DNA of 64,000 nucleotides, taken from the NCBI GenBank assembly GCA_013239625.1, contig MU054391.1, forward strand, positions 8,403,095 through 8,467,094, written 5' to 3'. The notes beneath the pieces were generated by a model. That model worked only from the letters and a program-made list of their open reading frames with translations. It was not told where the DNA came from and did no database searches. Shown here piece by piece: positions 38,777-52,157 of the stretch. The number at the start of each line of letters is the position of its first letter. Positions within the stretch are counted from its first letter, which is position 1. The position numbers and the translations under genes were made by a program. The stretch comes from Lama guanicoe. Lineage: Eukaryota.

Positions 38777-39834
38777 TTTATGACTCTGTATTTTAATTAC
38801 TCAGGACTGTGTTTCACAAAGCATTACTAGAAAAGGATGAGCTCAGAAGAAAGCTGGCCAGATTGCAAGTACAAGGAAATTAAACACAGTAGTAAGTCCA
38901 TCATGATTTGACCGTGAGGAGGAACTTAATAATTCCTCTTTACTCCAACAGAGGAACAACCTTTGCTGTCGAAGCCCATTAAGAGGATGCCTTTGTCAAA
39001 GATGAGATAAAAAGCCTGGTTTTGCCACTGACACTTGAGATCACCAAAGTAACTGTCATTAGGACAGAGGTGGTAGAGGCAAGCACAGCGGTGGGACAGA
39101 AGAATACTGATTTGAGTACAATATCTAGAAAATGGCTCTGCATGTGCTACTTGGCATGTGGAGCTGATTAGTAACAGGTAATTCAGAAATTTACTATGTT
39201 TTGCAGGAATTGCTTCACCCAGAGAACATTAAGCCCAAATTAAACCCTTTGATCATTAGAAAATTAAGATAATCTGGAGTCACTAACTTTCTTTAAGCAG
39301 AAAACAATTTTCAAAAGCTGAATGACCTTTAAAAATCATATATATCCCAATCCGTATTTCATATATGGCAGGAGAGGATAGGGGACAAGGAACAATGACA
39401 CAGAAAGTTGGGCCAGGAGTTAGAGAAAAGAAACAAGGCAGTTCTTAGCTGTAATCAGAAATTTCCTCCTACAGCCATGGACACAGAAACTTCAAATTAT
39501 CTGTCCCAGAGAATTCCTGCATTGTGGATGCTATGCGTTTATCCTCAGTTCGTTATCCCATATTGGGAGAATTTATATGGAAGACGGGGACAAATAACTT
39601 GACTTTTTTGTCCAAGGTTGTTTATTCATGAGCTATCGTTTACAGTCCTTATGGAAAATTCTGCACATTGTCCAAAGAATCTAGATTAAAACTGAAAAGC
39701 GTGATTGGATGGGACACTGAGTAATCTTTATATACATGTAAAGAAATGTGAAATGCACTGGAGGGAAGATTGTGACAGAACCAAGTCTATATTATAAAAG
39801 CCATGTTTTATTTTCTTCCTGGGGATGCAAGATA

Positions 39835-39858
39835 GACAGACAGACAGACAGACAGACA
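39835..39858. repeat. (GACA)6 microsatellite
   Basis: Six perfect units. Confidence 0.95.
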
Positions 39859-41214
39859 ATGCTCTCCTACCTTTTCTACATTTAGGTGGGCCATGGGTTT
39901 GAGTTCCAATCAGCAGTATGTGGCTCAATAATGTATACTCTTTACAGGTCTGACATTAAACTCTCTCATGAGGTCTTTGAATCCTTGTCACATACATTGA
40001 TCAACGCAGGTTCCTCTGAATATAATGCACATAAACCCATAGGGTTAGATGAAGTAAAGAAGGAGCAGAAAACATGGAGAGGAGACAGCAATCCTGGAAT
40101 ACGCAGAGCTGAAATGACTTCAGAGCTAATCTCAAGCCCCTCACCTTTCACAACAGAGGGATGGGCGGAGTCTGTGCAGATCCTTGTAAGCTGAGCACTG
40201 CCAAGTCCAGGGTATGCTGCTTATACGAACTACACAATATAGGCACCTCCTGGAGCTGTGCAGAGCATTAACCCTGTGGGGTGGGATTTAGACTAAGATA
40301 GGGGACATGATTATGGAAGATAGAATAAAAGTAAGCAAAAACAGACAAACAAAAACAAAAAAAAATCTCTTTTCATCACAGTGAACTTTTGCAAACTAAG
40401 CCATCTAGATTTTAAATTTAATGTACAGGGAAACCCACCCTCTTTGTATGAATACACATGTGTATGCACACATTTATATTCTGCTTGGTTAGAGTTTTAT
40501 CCTTTAGGCTTAAAGAGATGAAACAGGATTTCTTGATGGACGTATTCCAGTGGAACTGCATCATTCTTTCTGTTCATTCCTCATGATTGCCTTCATGATT
40601 AGAAAGTAAAATAAACTGACTGCAGTATTAGCCCGTAAACACTGCATGCATTTGTACCTTCTATGTATTCTATAATGCAGACACCTAAAGGTCTTTCTCT
40701 CTAACCAGTTATTTGGTGTGCTAATATTGTGATCAGTAGGACAGTGGAAAATGTCTCAGCATATATTATTTCTTTATGTTTTTCACAGACAAAATGCTGT
40801 GAAACTAATAATTTAAATAATAATAATTTAAAGTAATAATTTAAGTCTTTGGTCTACAGCATTTAGATGCTTACAACTGTCATGGTTAAGCACACAACGT
40901 ATCTTGACGGCTCAGATTTCCTTTGGTTGTGTGCACCAGACACTCGTATGATACACAGCCTTTAACTCCCAAAGGTCTCTTTTCATTATAGCTGTGGGTG
41001 AGTTCTCACTTTTATTTTTACGGGAACACCCTATGGCATTGACAGGAAATGAAAAACTACCTTGCTGAAAACAGGGATTTAGGAAAGAAAAAGAGTTCTA
41101 CTTGTGCAGGAAAGCCTGTACAGGTAAAGGGAAATGAAATTTCTTCAAGGACTTGTCTCATGGATGAGATAAGTGTTCTCATCTACAGAATCAGAGGCAG
41201 AACAGAGAACTAGT

Positions 41215-41440
41215 AAATACGTCACATAAACTTTATTCGCACGCAGCATGTACCAAGTACTTAACATGCACCAGGTGATTTTATACCAAGTACTTAACCA
41301 ACCACCAGGTGGTTTAAATTAACGTCTCTAAAATTCTACCAAAGAACTGTCCAGAGCTTCATTTTACAGATGAGGGCATCAAGGTTTACTAAAACCAGGT
41401 GGTGTGCACGAGGTCACTGGAGGTGAATGAAAGCCAACAT
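41215..41440 (-). mobile_element. MIR
   Basis: 'cattttacagatgagggcatcaagg...aggtcac'. Confidence 0.55.
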
Positions 41441-42309
41441 CTTGCACATTTTTCCCTCTCCTGTTCCTTGCCTTCTCAGAGTGAAGCGTACCCTTACACT
41501 TACTGTAAGACTGCTTTCTTGAATGGCATGTGTTTGTTTTTTATTTCCCAGCGTACATTATCATCATCTCAGGATAGGAAAAAGGATTGTATTTAAAAGT
41601 CTAGATACTCCCAAATGGCATGGGGAGGTTCTGAACACAAGAGTGGAAATGCAAACACTCTGCAGAGTTGTCCTGGGGTCTCTGTTCAGACTGTCCCCAC
41701 TATGTTAAATATTTCCTTTAAGATCATGGTAATTAAGACCATAAATGCCATACAAAGTACTCAGTTTTCCTGAAAGTGTACCTTTCACAGCAGTCTCAAA
41801 GTGCAGCAACAGTATTTAAACTTCCTGCAGCAAAAAGCTCAATGATTATTAATAATGGAATAAGAAATAATCCCGCACAGAATTTTTTAAAGTATGGTTC
41901 AGACTGAAAATTATTCCTTGAGATAGTGTTGGAAGTTGTTCAATGTCTGTTATTTAGAACTTGTGATTAATTTTTAGAATAAATATTGGGGGTTTTTTTG
42001 TGTTTGCTTTTTTGAAAGGTTTTCTTTTGTAACATGAAAGTCAAGCTATTTAAAGTACTATAACAATGCTAATGCTCACCAAAATAGAGAAAGAGCTCCT
42101 TCTACCCCTCTGGTTATTCATGTGATGATGTAACGAAGGAATACCAGGAGACTGCCACCAACACAGAAGATCCTCATTCTTTCACTGTTACCTCACAATG
42201 ACAGGTAGTTCACTGGGGAGAAGAAAGTTTACCTGATGATTTTCCTAATTAGAGGACATGTCTGATGATTTATTGTGACAATAACTGTTAAATAATAATT
42301 TACTGAATC

Positions 42310-43493
42310 TAAATCCCAGCAGTTACTTTGTAGATCCTGGCAAGTTGATTCTAATATTTACAGGAAAACACAAAAGGCCCAGCACAGCTAACACAATACT
42401 GGAGAACACAGTTGGAGGAATGACACCACCTAACTTTAAGTCTTACTGTAAAGACAATAATAAAGACAGTGTGATAATGGTGATAAAACAGACAAATAGA
42501 TCAGTGGAACAGAATAGAGAACCACAAAAGTATGGTCAACTGATCTTTGATAAAGGAGTAAAGGCAAGTCTTTAAACAAATGGTATTGTGACAGCTGGAC
42601 ATCCACATGCAAAAAGAAAAAATATCTAGACACTGACCTTACACATTTCATAAACATTAATTCCAGATGAATCATGCACCCAAATGGAAAACACAGAATC
42701 ATAACATTTCTAGAAAATAACGTAAGAGAAAAATCTATCTGATCTTGAGTTTGGTAATGAGTTATTAAATACAGTAACAAAGGGTCCATGAAAAACAAAT
42801 GGCAAGTGTGACTTCATTAAAATTTAAAACAGCTAGTCTGTGAAACACACTGTTAAGAGAATGAAATGGAAAGCCACAGACTGGGAGGGAAGATTTGCAA
42901 AACATCTTGTATTCAAAATATACTAAGAAGTCATAAAACTCAAGAATAAGAATCAAACAACCCAGTTTTAAAAATGACAAAGTTTCTGAACAAACTCTTA
43001 ACACAGAAGATAGACAAATGGCAATCAAGTATATGAAAAGATGCTCAACATCATACTTCACTAGAGAAAAAAATTTAAATGAGATACCTCTACACTCCTA
43101 TTAGAATAGCTAAAATCTAAAACACTGACAAGACCGAATTCTGGCAAGGATGTGGTGCAACATGAATTCTCACCCATTGTTAGTGAGAATGCAAAATGGT
43201 ACAGCCACTTTAGAAGACACTTTGGTAGTTCTTATAAATACCATCTTACCATATGATCTGATAATTGCACTCCTAGGTGTTACCTAAATGAGTTGAAACT
43301 TTATATTCATACAAAGACATAAACATGAATGCTTGTAGCAACTTTATTCACATTTGGCAAAATCTGAAAGCAACAAAGACATCCTTCTATAGGTTCATAG
43401 AAGAACATACAGTGATACATCCACACAATGGAATTGTATTCAGCACTAAAAATAATTGAGCTGCCAAGTCATGATCAGACATAGAAGAATCTT
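42310..43493 (+). mobile_element. L1MB/MC-like ORF2 3' fragment
   Basis: ORF 42345-42575 ILIFTGKHKRPSTANTILEN...GGMTPPNFKSY...YGQLIFDKG is degenerate L1 ORF2. Confidence 0.93.
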
Positions 43494-43509
43494 TATATAT
43501 ATAATATAT

Positions 43510-43543
<34 letters not shown>

Positions 43544-43544
43544 T
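43494..43544. repeat. Imperfect (TA)n microsatellite
   Basis: TA run with a few interruptions, at the end of the L1. Confidence 0.95.
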
Positions 43545-44509
43545 TGCTCTATGACTTACTGAATCTTCTTTTGTCTTTGAGTTAAAAGTAATATCGTTCA
43601 TGTTCAGCAGTTTACTTGATAGCATCTGATTTGTAAGATAAATTGTTGAAATCTAATCATATATAGTGAAGATGAAGGTAACAGACACCCCAATGAATAC
43701 TTAAATATGTTAACTTTTTATCATTTAGTGTATTTCCTAAACATTTCACATTTCATGTGTCCATATGAATTTCAATTTCTTATCAAAGTGTGACTGTTTA
43801 ATTTTTAAAACCTGTCCCTTAAATCAGCATCCTACACCAAATAGTTTGAACTGTGATCCTGCAAAATCCAACGGCAGTGAAAATTGACAATGCAGTGGAA
43901 GCATCCTTTGCTGAATCATGCCTTTCTTTACCAGTCTATTTTATTACTACCTGGAAAGCAGAAAAACCATTGTCGTTTGGAGGGGTTCTAAATGTCATCC
44001 AAAAAGAACATTCTTGCAAAGAAAATTTGAATTTCACAACAAAATTCAAGTAAATTTGTAGGACATTCGTTTTATTTATTGAAAATCCAAAATTTAAGGA
44101 AGGGCTAAGATCAATCACCCATGAGGGGAAGAAGGCAGGAAAAGGAAAATAGAGAAATCCAAACGGCCAGACTTCCAGTCAGGAGGAAGCAACAAAGGAC
44201 AAGAGTGAAGGAGATGAGAAAGCTTCAGCAAAGTGTCACAGGAAAAAGCCAGCTGGATTACAAAACTACAGACGGTACCCTGGAAGACCTGAGGGGGAAA
44301 AACAAATATTTGGTGTTGTCATAGTAGAAAAAAGAAATTAGATAAATCAGAATCTAGGTTTGTCAACATGCGGATTTGAAAATCACTCTTGTGAAATCCA
44401 AAGAATGACGTGCATCAGAGAGGGTTTTAGTTACTCCCACAGAGGAAGTATCTATTTAAACCTTAAAAAAATGATAAAGGCTTTTAGTGACTCAGAAACA
44501 GCACTTGAC

Positions 44510-44620
44510 TTATGTTCTAGACTGTGAGCTCTTCAAAGACAAGGTGGTGGTTGTCTTGCTCTGTCTGGACAGAACTGGGAGCACACTAAGGTTTATTTCC
44601 TGAATTAATTCATGAATAAA
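44510..44620 (+). mobile_element. L2 3' end
   Basis: 'ctagactgtgagctcttcaaagacaagg...tgaattaattcatgaat'. Confidence 0.65.
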
Positions 44621-45739
44621 GTTTTTAAGGCTAAGTGGGTTTCAGTGTGTTCCCTACTGAAGGTCCTATGTTCACTGAGGAAAAAAATGTTCTAAGAAAC
44701 TGCAAAGTCAGTAACATCTGAAGGGCAACATGGATAGTTAAATTTAAGCACTTAATCAGATGTTGTCCATAAATTTGACAAATGTACAGTCAGATTCTGA
44801 ATTATCTTTTTTTTTTTCTGAAGTAAAAAGGTATACTACTGCCGTTTGGGGAAATTTTTATTTTTATAAACAAAAATAGATGCTCAAAAGCCGTGAGTTC
44901 AACAAAGTTTAGTTTAATTTAACCAGAAATTTATGAATATTCATTCCTTGACTTTGTGGTTTAATTTATATTTTTGTTCATTTTCTTTCCAGCATAAAAA
45001 TCTGCCTGGGGTATTATGTCTATAATATCATCGTGTCATATGCAATAAGGGATTTACTTAATGTTTTTGTTCTTCGGTTTTAAAAATTTAATTTTATATC
45101 CATACATTTTTATTAGATAGATATAATCTGTATGCTGTTATTTTGTTCAGGATGTTCTGAAATATTATATTTACTTCAAATGAATTATATGTACATAATA
45201 TCTTATGGAAATATTATTAAAAATCTACTTGCTCTTTACAAGTAAAATGCTCTGGCTCGATTCCTTCCGGTCTAAGCCTGTGTTAATCACCATATGGGTG
45301 GTCTCTGTGAACAAAGAACATCACAGTCATGTCAAGGAAATCTTGGATATTGTGAAGTTTGAGTGTAAAAAAGACAGCAATTTGGCGTGTTAGGTGTACA
45401 AGGGATAATAACGCCTGCAGCAGAGAAGCAGCAGGCAGACTTGTCTCTTAGTCCTAGGAGGATGGGTTACTTTGGTGAACTCACCACGCCCAAGGTTTGG
45501 TCATCAGAAAGGTCCAGACAAGAAGTGGGCTTTCTCAGTTACTGCAAACACTCAGAGTCTTGCTTGTGGCTTGATGGTGACATAAAAAAGAAGACACCAA
45601 AATAGAATCTGTGTGCCAACTGAGTTTCATATATGAATACAGTCTTTCAGAATCAGCATATCCAGAAAACCAAATGAAGCTTCCTGACTGTGAGTTTATG
45701 CAGATAGAATTAAGTAAGGAGAGGTAGAGTTTGAATAAA

Positions 45740-45915
45740 AATAGTAATAATAAAAATAGCTTTCAGGGATTGAGCACAAACTATGTACTATTCTCTACAT
45801 TTATTATCTTCAATTTTAACAGCAATTCTGTGAGACAGAATTGCATTCCTTTACTTGAGTGGAAAGAATAGGCAATCCAATCCGTCTGTCTAATTCCATT
45901 GCCTGTGTGCTTTAG
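45740..45915 (-). mobile_element. MIR fragment
   Basis: 'attgagcacaaactatgtac...atttattatcttcaattttaacagcaattctgtgag'. Confidence 0.55.
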
Positions 45916-47529
45916 GACAATTTTCTTAATAGCCTGTGGTTCTCTTTTCTATTTTGAGTTTAGATGTTCTGTATAAACACTTCAACATCTCTGACATGAA
46001 AACTTCAAAGGGGGCAGATTTAAGTACACCCTAGGGGCCACTGTTCTGGGGTGGAGTTTTAACTTTGAAATGTAAAGTTATTTGGTGTTGCCTTTAATTT
46101 AGTATAGTTTCTTTAGACAATTATTTTTTGAGATAAGCTTTCCTGGCTCACAATACTCTCTGCTTGCTTCCCCCACTTAACTTGGTAAGTAGTTAGAGAA
46201 GACTGAATCAGCCTCCAAACGGAACTTAAATCTTTTCTTGCTCTTCCAGAACTTCTAACACATTATGAATACTTCCTGGAATTAATGTCCCCATTTGAAA
46301 GAAGCAGTATAGTGCCTATTTCCCTGACTGGACGCTGGCCAACACAGATGCTTTACAAGAAAAATAATAAGAGGAAGAAGCACAAATTTATGCGGGAGCA
46401 GTGCAACATGGGCAGGAATAGTAAGCCTTCGCAGTGGAGGTGATACGGGAGCTGATTACTGAGGACTGAATAGAATGACAGAGGCGAGAAGATGTAGGAA
46501 AAATAAATCCACGGAGATGAGGAAAATAGAAACATCACAGTACAGAAGGAACTGGATAATTTCCTTCGTCTCTAATTCAGCAAAATATAAGACAATTAAT
46601 TATGAATCATTTTGACTGTCAGACATTGGAAGTTATTTCTTACATTACCAGTAACTCTATTCTTGTTAGAAATTGTCTCTTTCTTCCTGCAGTTATTGTA
46701 TTCATTACCTTTACCATCAAATAAGAGATTCTTTTGGATTTCAAGTATAGTAAGGCATGGCGCTTTGATACAATTTACCCCAGAGCCGGTCTTTACAAAC
46801 TGCATTCAAATGCGTGTGGATTGGGATAGAGAGGAAGGAAGCTACCGATCTAGTCCAGGGTAAATGATTAAAGCTCACAGTATGAATGGATGATCCCTAA
46901 TATGCTTTTACACTTAGACAATTACAGAAACCAGATATTTAATTATTTCCTCAATGTTTTCCTTAAGAATCTTTGCATTTATTTCCCAAATCACATCTTA
47001 ATGATATTTCTTTTGTGAATTATTCATCACTTTTAATTTTAAAGTAAGTTGAATATAAATATCAACACCTTCCTAATTTTGATTTATTAATTTGACCAGG
47101 AATGAAATGTCTGCACTTTTTATCTTTATTAACACCAGTTTTAATTTTAAAGATGATGATTTCCTGGTCCACACATGATTTTTTTATGGTGAGGACTGTC
47201 TGCTATGTACTTTCACAGTAGAAGGTAACTTCCTTCAAATAATAACCAAATCCACTACATTTTTTTTAATCATGTTAAGTGCCTAGCTTGTGAGATGCAC
47301 AGAGTGGGTACTTAATATCTAATTTTCTATTAAGGATCTCTTCTCTGTCTATATAGCTTTTTGTCTCAAGAGACGCTATCTTGTCTCCAGTGTTTACATC
47401 AATCTTCTTGCCCTCCCACAAAACTCTCAGGGATCAGTCCTCTGGGAATCTTATTTTGTTATTTTGATATGTCAACCTTCATTTGCATCATATCATCACC
47501 ACTTTTGCTTCATAAGTATCATTTTTTTC

Positions 47530-47650
47530 AGCACTTACATTAAAAAAAGAACCAAGACCCAGAGATATTAAGTGATTTGTCAGTCATTCAGTTAATGGAA
47601 AAGCAATAGTTAGCAGTCAGGTCCTGACATCCTGTGACACTCATAATTCA
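47530..47650 (-). mobile_element. MIR fragment
   Basis: 'aaccaagacccagagatattaagtgatttgtc...caggtcctgac'. Confidence 0.6.
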
Positions 47651-49079
47651 CAAGACTATACCCATTCGGTCTACTGCCATGCATAGAAACATACTCTATT
47701 ATTTCATATATATACATACATATATATACACACATTCTTACACAAATCACTAATTGATTTTATTCTTCTCAAGTACCAGTTGGACCTAAATAAACTATTT
47801 TAATGCTTTTCTACCTGAGATTAGGAACATATGATCTGTAATTCTGTGTTTTTCATTTGATGCGCAGAGTATTTTGTGTTTTCAACATGTCTACCCACCC
47901 CTGTTGAAAAAGGAAACATTACATGGTTACTTTTATAAGACTAACTTCTTGCCCATCAATCTACGTATCAATGATTGCCTTTCTGTAATAGATTAAAATC
48001 CTCTTTCCCTATTTTGTCTTTCTTTCTAACTAGAAAAACGCTCAGGTCCTTAAAAATCCCATAAAATGAAAGCTAAGTTAAAAATCAACCCAGGATAACA
48101 GAAGATACTCTCAAAAATGTGGATTTCAGTATCAAGCTTTTCAAAATATCCTCAGCTGGCACTCCCTTTCCAGCTTTTCTACAGTAAATAAACCCTTGAA
48201 ATCCATTAAGTGGGAGTGCTCATAAAGGAAAAAAAAAAAAGGGGTGGGGGAACCACTAAATGTAGAGTCCTTTATGACTCCTTGATTTCAAATTTATAAC
48301 ATTCAACACTTTAACCAAAGCTTTCTTTTACTGCTTTCTAAAACATAAATGCAGACTGTTTTTTTAGGACCTTCATTCCCATCTCTCGCTCCAACTTTCC
48401 TTTCTCCTCCTTTACTCACGTAGAAAAGTTTGATCTGTCTGTCCACAGACTGCTTCTGTTTTATTTTTGACCTTTCTATTACATCTTCTCTTCATGTAAC
48501 ATCAATCATTCCCAAATCTAGATCTCTCACTTTGGAAATACTCTTACTCTTTGCACATCAAATGCCCTGCTCTCTCCTAAACAAACAGCATATTCAGAAA
48601 CGAACTCATTATCTCTTTGCCATCAACTTCTTATTTTTCCTTTTGATGTCATTATTTGAAACTTCATTAATAATGCGCCAGAAAAATTCTTCTTAATTTT
48701 TAAAACAAAATGATCACTGAAATTGTTTTTCACAGGCGTGCGATTTAAATGAATAATCAGATGAGTCTTGTGTGACTCATGAGTAAGTCATTTTCTCTCC
48801 CAGCACAAAGAACGGGTGGTCGAGTGGTGGGGCAGAGGTACAGCACGAAGCACAACATGAAAATAATCAGTCAGATAGCACTGAATAAACTGGCAGATAA
48901 CGGAGTAAATGTCCAGGGGTAGCTGCTTTTCTGGATTTGCTCAGTCTGGCCATTTTGACAAGAGGAATTTGTCTAGTCCAATAATATATCTACAGCCTGG
49001 ACAGAGATCTTGACTTCATTAATTATGGGTGTAAAGGAGACCAATGTCTGGAGTGAAAAATGCTTCTAACAACTTATGA

Positions 49080-49554
49080 ACAAAGTCCAGAGAGCACTGT
49101 ATCCATATACCTCTGGTGCAGAGTGACACACCCCTCACCTGCATCCACAGCTACAAGGCACTGCTCTGAAGGGTTCAGATTCACTCCCTCTTGCCAATGA
49201 CTCATCTCACATTCACCTGGACCACCTTTCCGCATTCTTTTCCAGGGTCTTCTCCAATGATAAATGTCATCTGTAAATGCAGGGAGTTAGCATCCCAAGG
49301 GCAACCTTAAATCATTACTGCAGCCAGTGGATAAAGGCTACAGCCTTTTAGGCAGACAGTTCTGAGAAGTATTCCCTGTGATTGTCAGAGATCTCATGCT
49401 ACCTACAAATGGAATAGCTGTTATACACCTCATATTGGAATCTTATCCTTTCTTGTCTCACTGTCTCCAGTTATTCCTCCAACACCTCCTGCCAAATCTA
49501 TCTGCATCCAGGTTTTTGTTTTCAGATTGTTTTTGGTGATCCTAAATTAAGACA
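49080..49554 (+). mobile_element. LTR33-family (ERVL) LTR
   Basis: 'gcagggagttagcatcccaagggcaacctt...agccagtggataaagg...acagttctgag', ends 'cctaaattaagaca'. Confidence 0.75.
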
Positions 49555-50189
49555 AGTGAACTTTGATATCATTTCTCTTTCTAACTCAATAATAAATGTG
49601 TAATTACATTTGCACAGGAGTTATTTTTTCTAAAGTAATCTTGTTCATTTGTCTTCCAAATTCCAGAAAATCTCTGCTGTCTTCTTTTCAGTCTTCAGAG
49701 CTTGGATGAGGATGTGACTTTTTGTTTCAGTGCTCCTTTTTAGTATATTTCAGTATTTGTTTACTCACTTACTTCAACTACAAATTGAAGCACCCAAAAT
49801 TCTTTAACTGAATCTCCACACTATATTTTAACTATCAACAATGTCCTATGCAAAGTGTTGATTCTTTCTCATTTATTAATCTGTGGAACAGGTGAGTGGA
49901 ACTTCATTTTTACATCAGTCTCTTCCTCTCTAAATCAGGATGCTTCTCAACACACGCATGTTCCCTCTTTCTGGTTGCATTTGTCTCTGTCATGATCAGC
50001 GTATCACTGAAGTTGTGGAAGTAAAAGGGAACTTTAAATAGTGTCTGGTAAGAAGAGTCACTTCTTTTGCAGTCTGAGCTGGAAAGGCACTTCTCATTGT
50101 GTAGTGTGATTGTCTCTATGTGCATAAAGTCAATAAAGATTTCTTGGAAGTTGTAATGCCTAGCTTAGGCTCACCCTCAGCCACACTAA

Positions 50190-50370
50190 TGTGTAGTCTG
50201 TAGGACATCAGTCACTGGGCTGAGAAAAGGAGACCTTAATTATTACACCTATTAAGCCCTGCGATTTTGGATATGTTTTCCATCTTCTCTTGGTCTCCAA
50301 TTTCACATTTTTTAAATAAGATGGCTTCACCTGATGATTTTGCAGGTGCTTTCCAGCTATAAAAAATGTC
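50190..50370 (+). mobile_element. MIR3-like fragment
   Basis: 'cactgggctgagaaaaggagacct...tctcttggtctccaatttcacattttttaaataag'. Confidence 0.55.
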
Positions 50371-50884
50371 TTTTCTCTTGTATTATCATTCCTCTATTGT
50401 CTAGAAAACTAAGAGGGTTTTGTTTTTTGTTTTCTTGTCTTCCAACTATGGCCTAACCTCCATCATGGGGCCAGAGACCAGAATAACTTTCCAGCAATTC
50501 TAAAATTTTAGTTATTATTCCATAAAGCCACATGGTGTGCCTTGATATACTAGGGTACCTGATTGTGAAGGTTTCAGCTGGTGTCACATTTGCCACTGGT
50601 ATTCATAACTCAAACTTGGGTTTGTTTATATAGTTTCCTATCTCAGCTGTAACACCTATATTTAATTTCTAGTGTATGTTAACTTAAATCTCAAAGCCCA
50701 ATCTGATGTATTATTTCAGCAACTTGCCAGAATGAATTACCAGTTTCTTTAACACATTGAATTAAATATTCTGTCACTGAGAAATTTACTCTTACTTGAA
50801 TATGTATTACCTAACAAAACTCTCTTAGGTTTTTCTGCTGGAGATCAAGCCTTTTGGACAGTTGAAGAAAGCTAAAGGGTTCAG

Positions 50885-51090
50885 TCCAAGCCTAATTAGC
50901 TGAATGTCAAATCCAAACTCCCATTGGTACTAACTGGTACTTGATAGGATTTTTATCCCCCTAAGTTGCTAATCCTTCCTTACAGTAAAAGTAATGTTCA
51001 CTCAGAATGCTTGACAATAAAATAATACAGTGTTTATAAAATGGCTAACATAAGGCCTAGTACATGATACAGTTTCAGAAATGTTATTTC
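50885..51090 (+). mobile_element. MIR
   Basis: 'aatacagtgtttataaaatggctaacataaggcctagtacatgatacagtttcagaaatgttat'. Confidence 0.55.
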
Positions 51091-51199
51091 TTAGAGAAAT
51101 TATGAAGATAGTCTAACTCGCAGGAATTTAAAAGAGAAGTCTGTTGCTTCACATCAGTTACCAGAGATCCAGGAACATGCGGTAGCGTCTTGGGAACTG

Positions 51200-51440
51200 T
51201 TGTGTAGCGACAGTAACCTAGACCTTGGAGCCAGAACTAAGCTCACTCACCTGCCTGCTGTTTACTAGATCTGTGTCAGCTGCCAAGTTGTATAATTTCT
51301 TTAGCTTCATATTTCTCAGTAAAATTAATGCCTACTTATATGATTGTTCCAAGGATAAAATAAGATTCGATAACAAACACAGAGTGTCGAACATGGCACC
51401 AGACAAGGAGATGGTATTTAACCAGCAGTGGCTAATAACA
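51200..51440 (+). mobile_element. MIR
   Basis: 'agaccttggagccagaact...tttactagatctgtgtcagctgccaagttgtataatttctttagcttcatatttctca'. Confidence 0.75.
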
Positions 51441-52157
51441 CCCTAAAACTTATCAGCCATCTTTGGAGACAGATGTATTTTGAAATTATGTCCTGTTGAC
51501 AGTCCATAACCTAGACACCTGTCAGAGAGTATGCCTAAATTTATAATCAGTGCAACATGGGCAATGTGCAAATACGTTCAATATTGGTCCCTGTCTTAAA
51601 TACATTTCTTCCTTGTAAAACCAATATTTTAAAAACATGTATGTTTGTAGGTTATAACAGAAATTTTCCCGTATTTGTGATGGTTGTTTTGAATTAATCT
51701 ACAGGTATTGTCTGGGAAGAAATGAGGTATCTGTCTTGCAGAAGAAACCTGTAATATTCCAATTTCTGACTTCACTAAACTAACATCAATTCCACTTGTC
51801 ATTTTAAGTGTCCTTTCCTCCGGAAAGGCTTCTTCTACCTTAGATGAGGTCTTCCTATTTTGGCTTCTCAAAATTGTACTTTATCTTATTAAAATTGTTT
51901 GTTTGATTTTCACTAGCACAGTGCCAAATGTAAAGTTAGAAACCAATAAGTATTTCCAGAATACAGAAATTACTTGCAATAATTTATAACTTAGTCTATG
52001 GTACTTTCTTTAACAAGAGGATACTTTACTAAAAAACCTTCAAATAATTTGATTTCCCAGAAAGAATTTCATCGTCGTGAATCCATGAAAGAAAGATGCT
52101 AAATCTGTGTAAAAGCAAACGACCAAAGCATTGGAGAATTAGTGTCTACTGTTGGGA

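Larger units (their letters stand above)
38090..39930 (+). mobile_element. Old MLT1 internal region plus LTR start, interrupted by MLT1D
   Basis: 'aaaacatttggtaaaacttttgcctgtaataatttgggaagcagataatg' resembles MaLR internal sequence; MLT1-like 'tttaggtgggccatgggtttgagttc' near 39880. Confidence 0.55.

Noticed and set aside
40807..40843. Three copies of aataatttaa as an array
   Set aside because: Low-complexity AT slippage, with no spacer structure or associated genes
43812..43952. Minus-strand exon with a strong acceptor
   Set aside because: Stops in all three frames just after the acceptor and a weak donor (GTTTTA)
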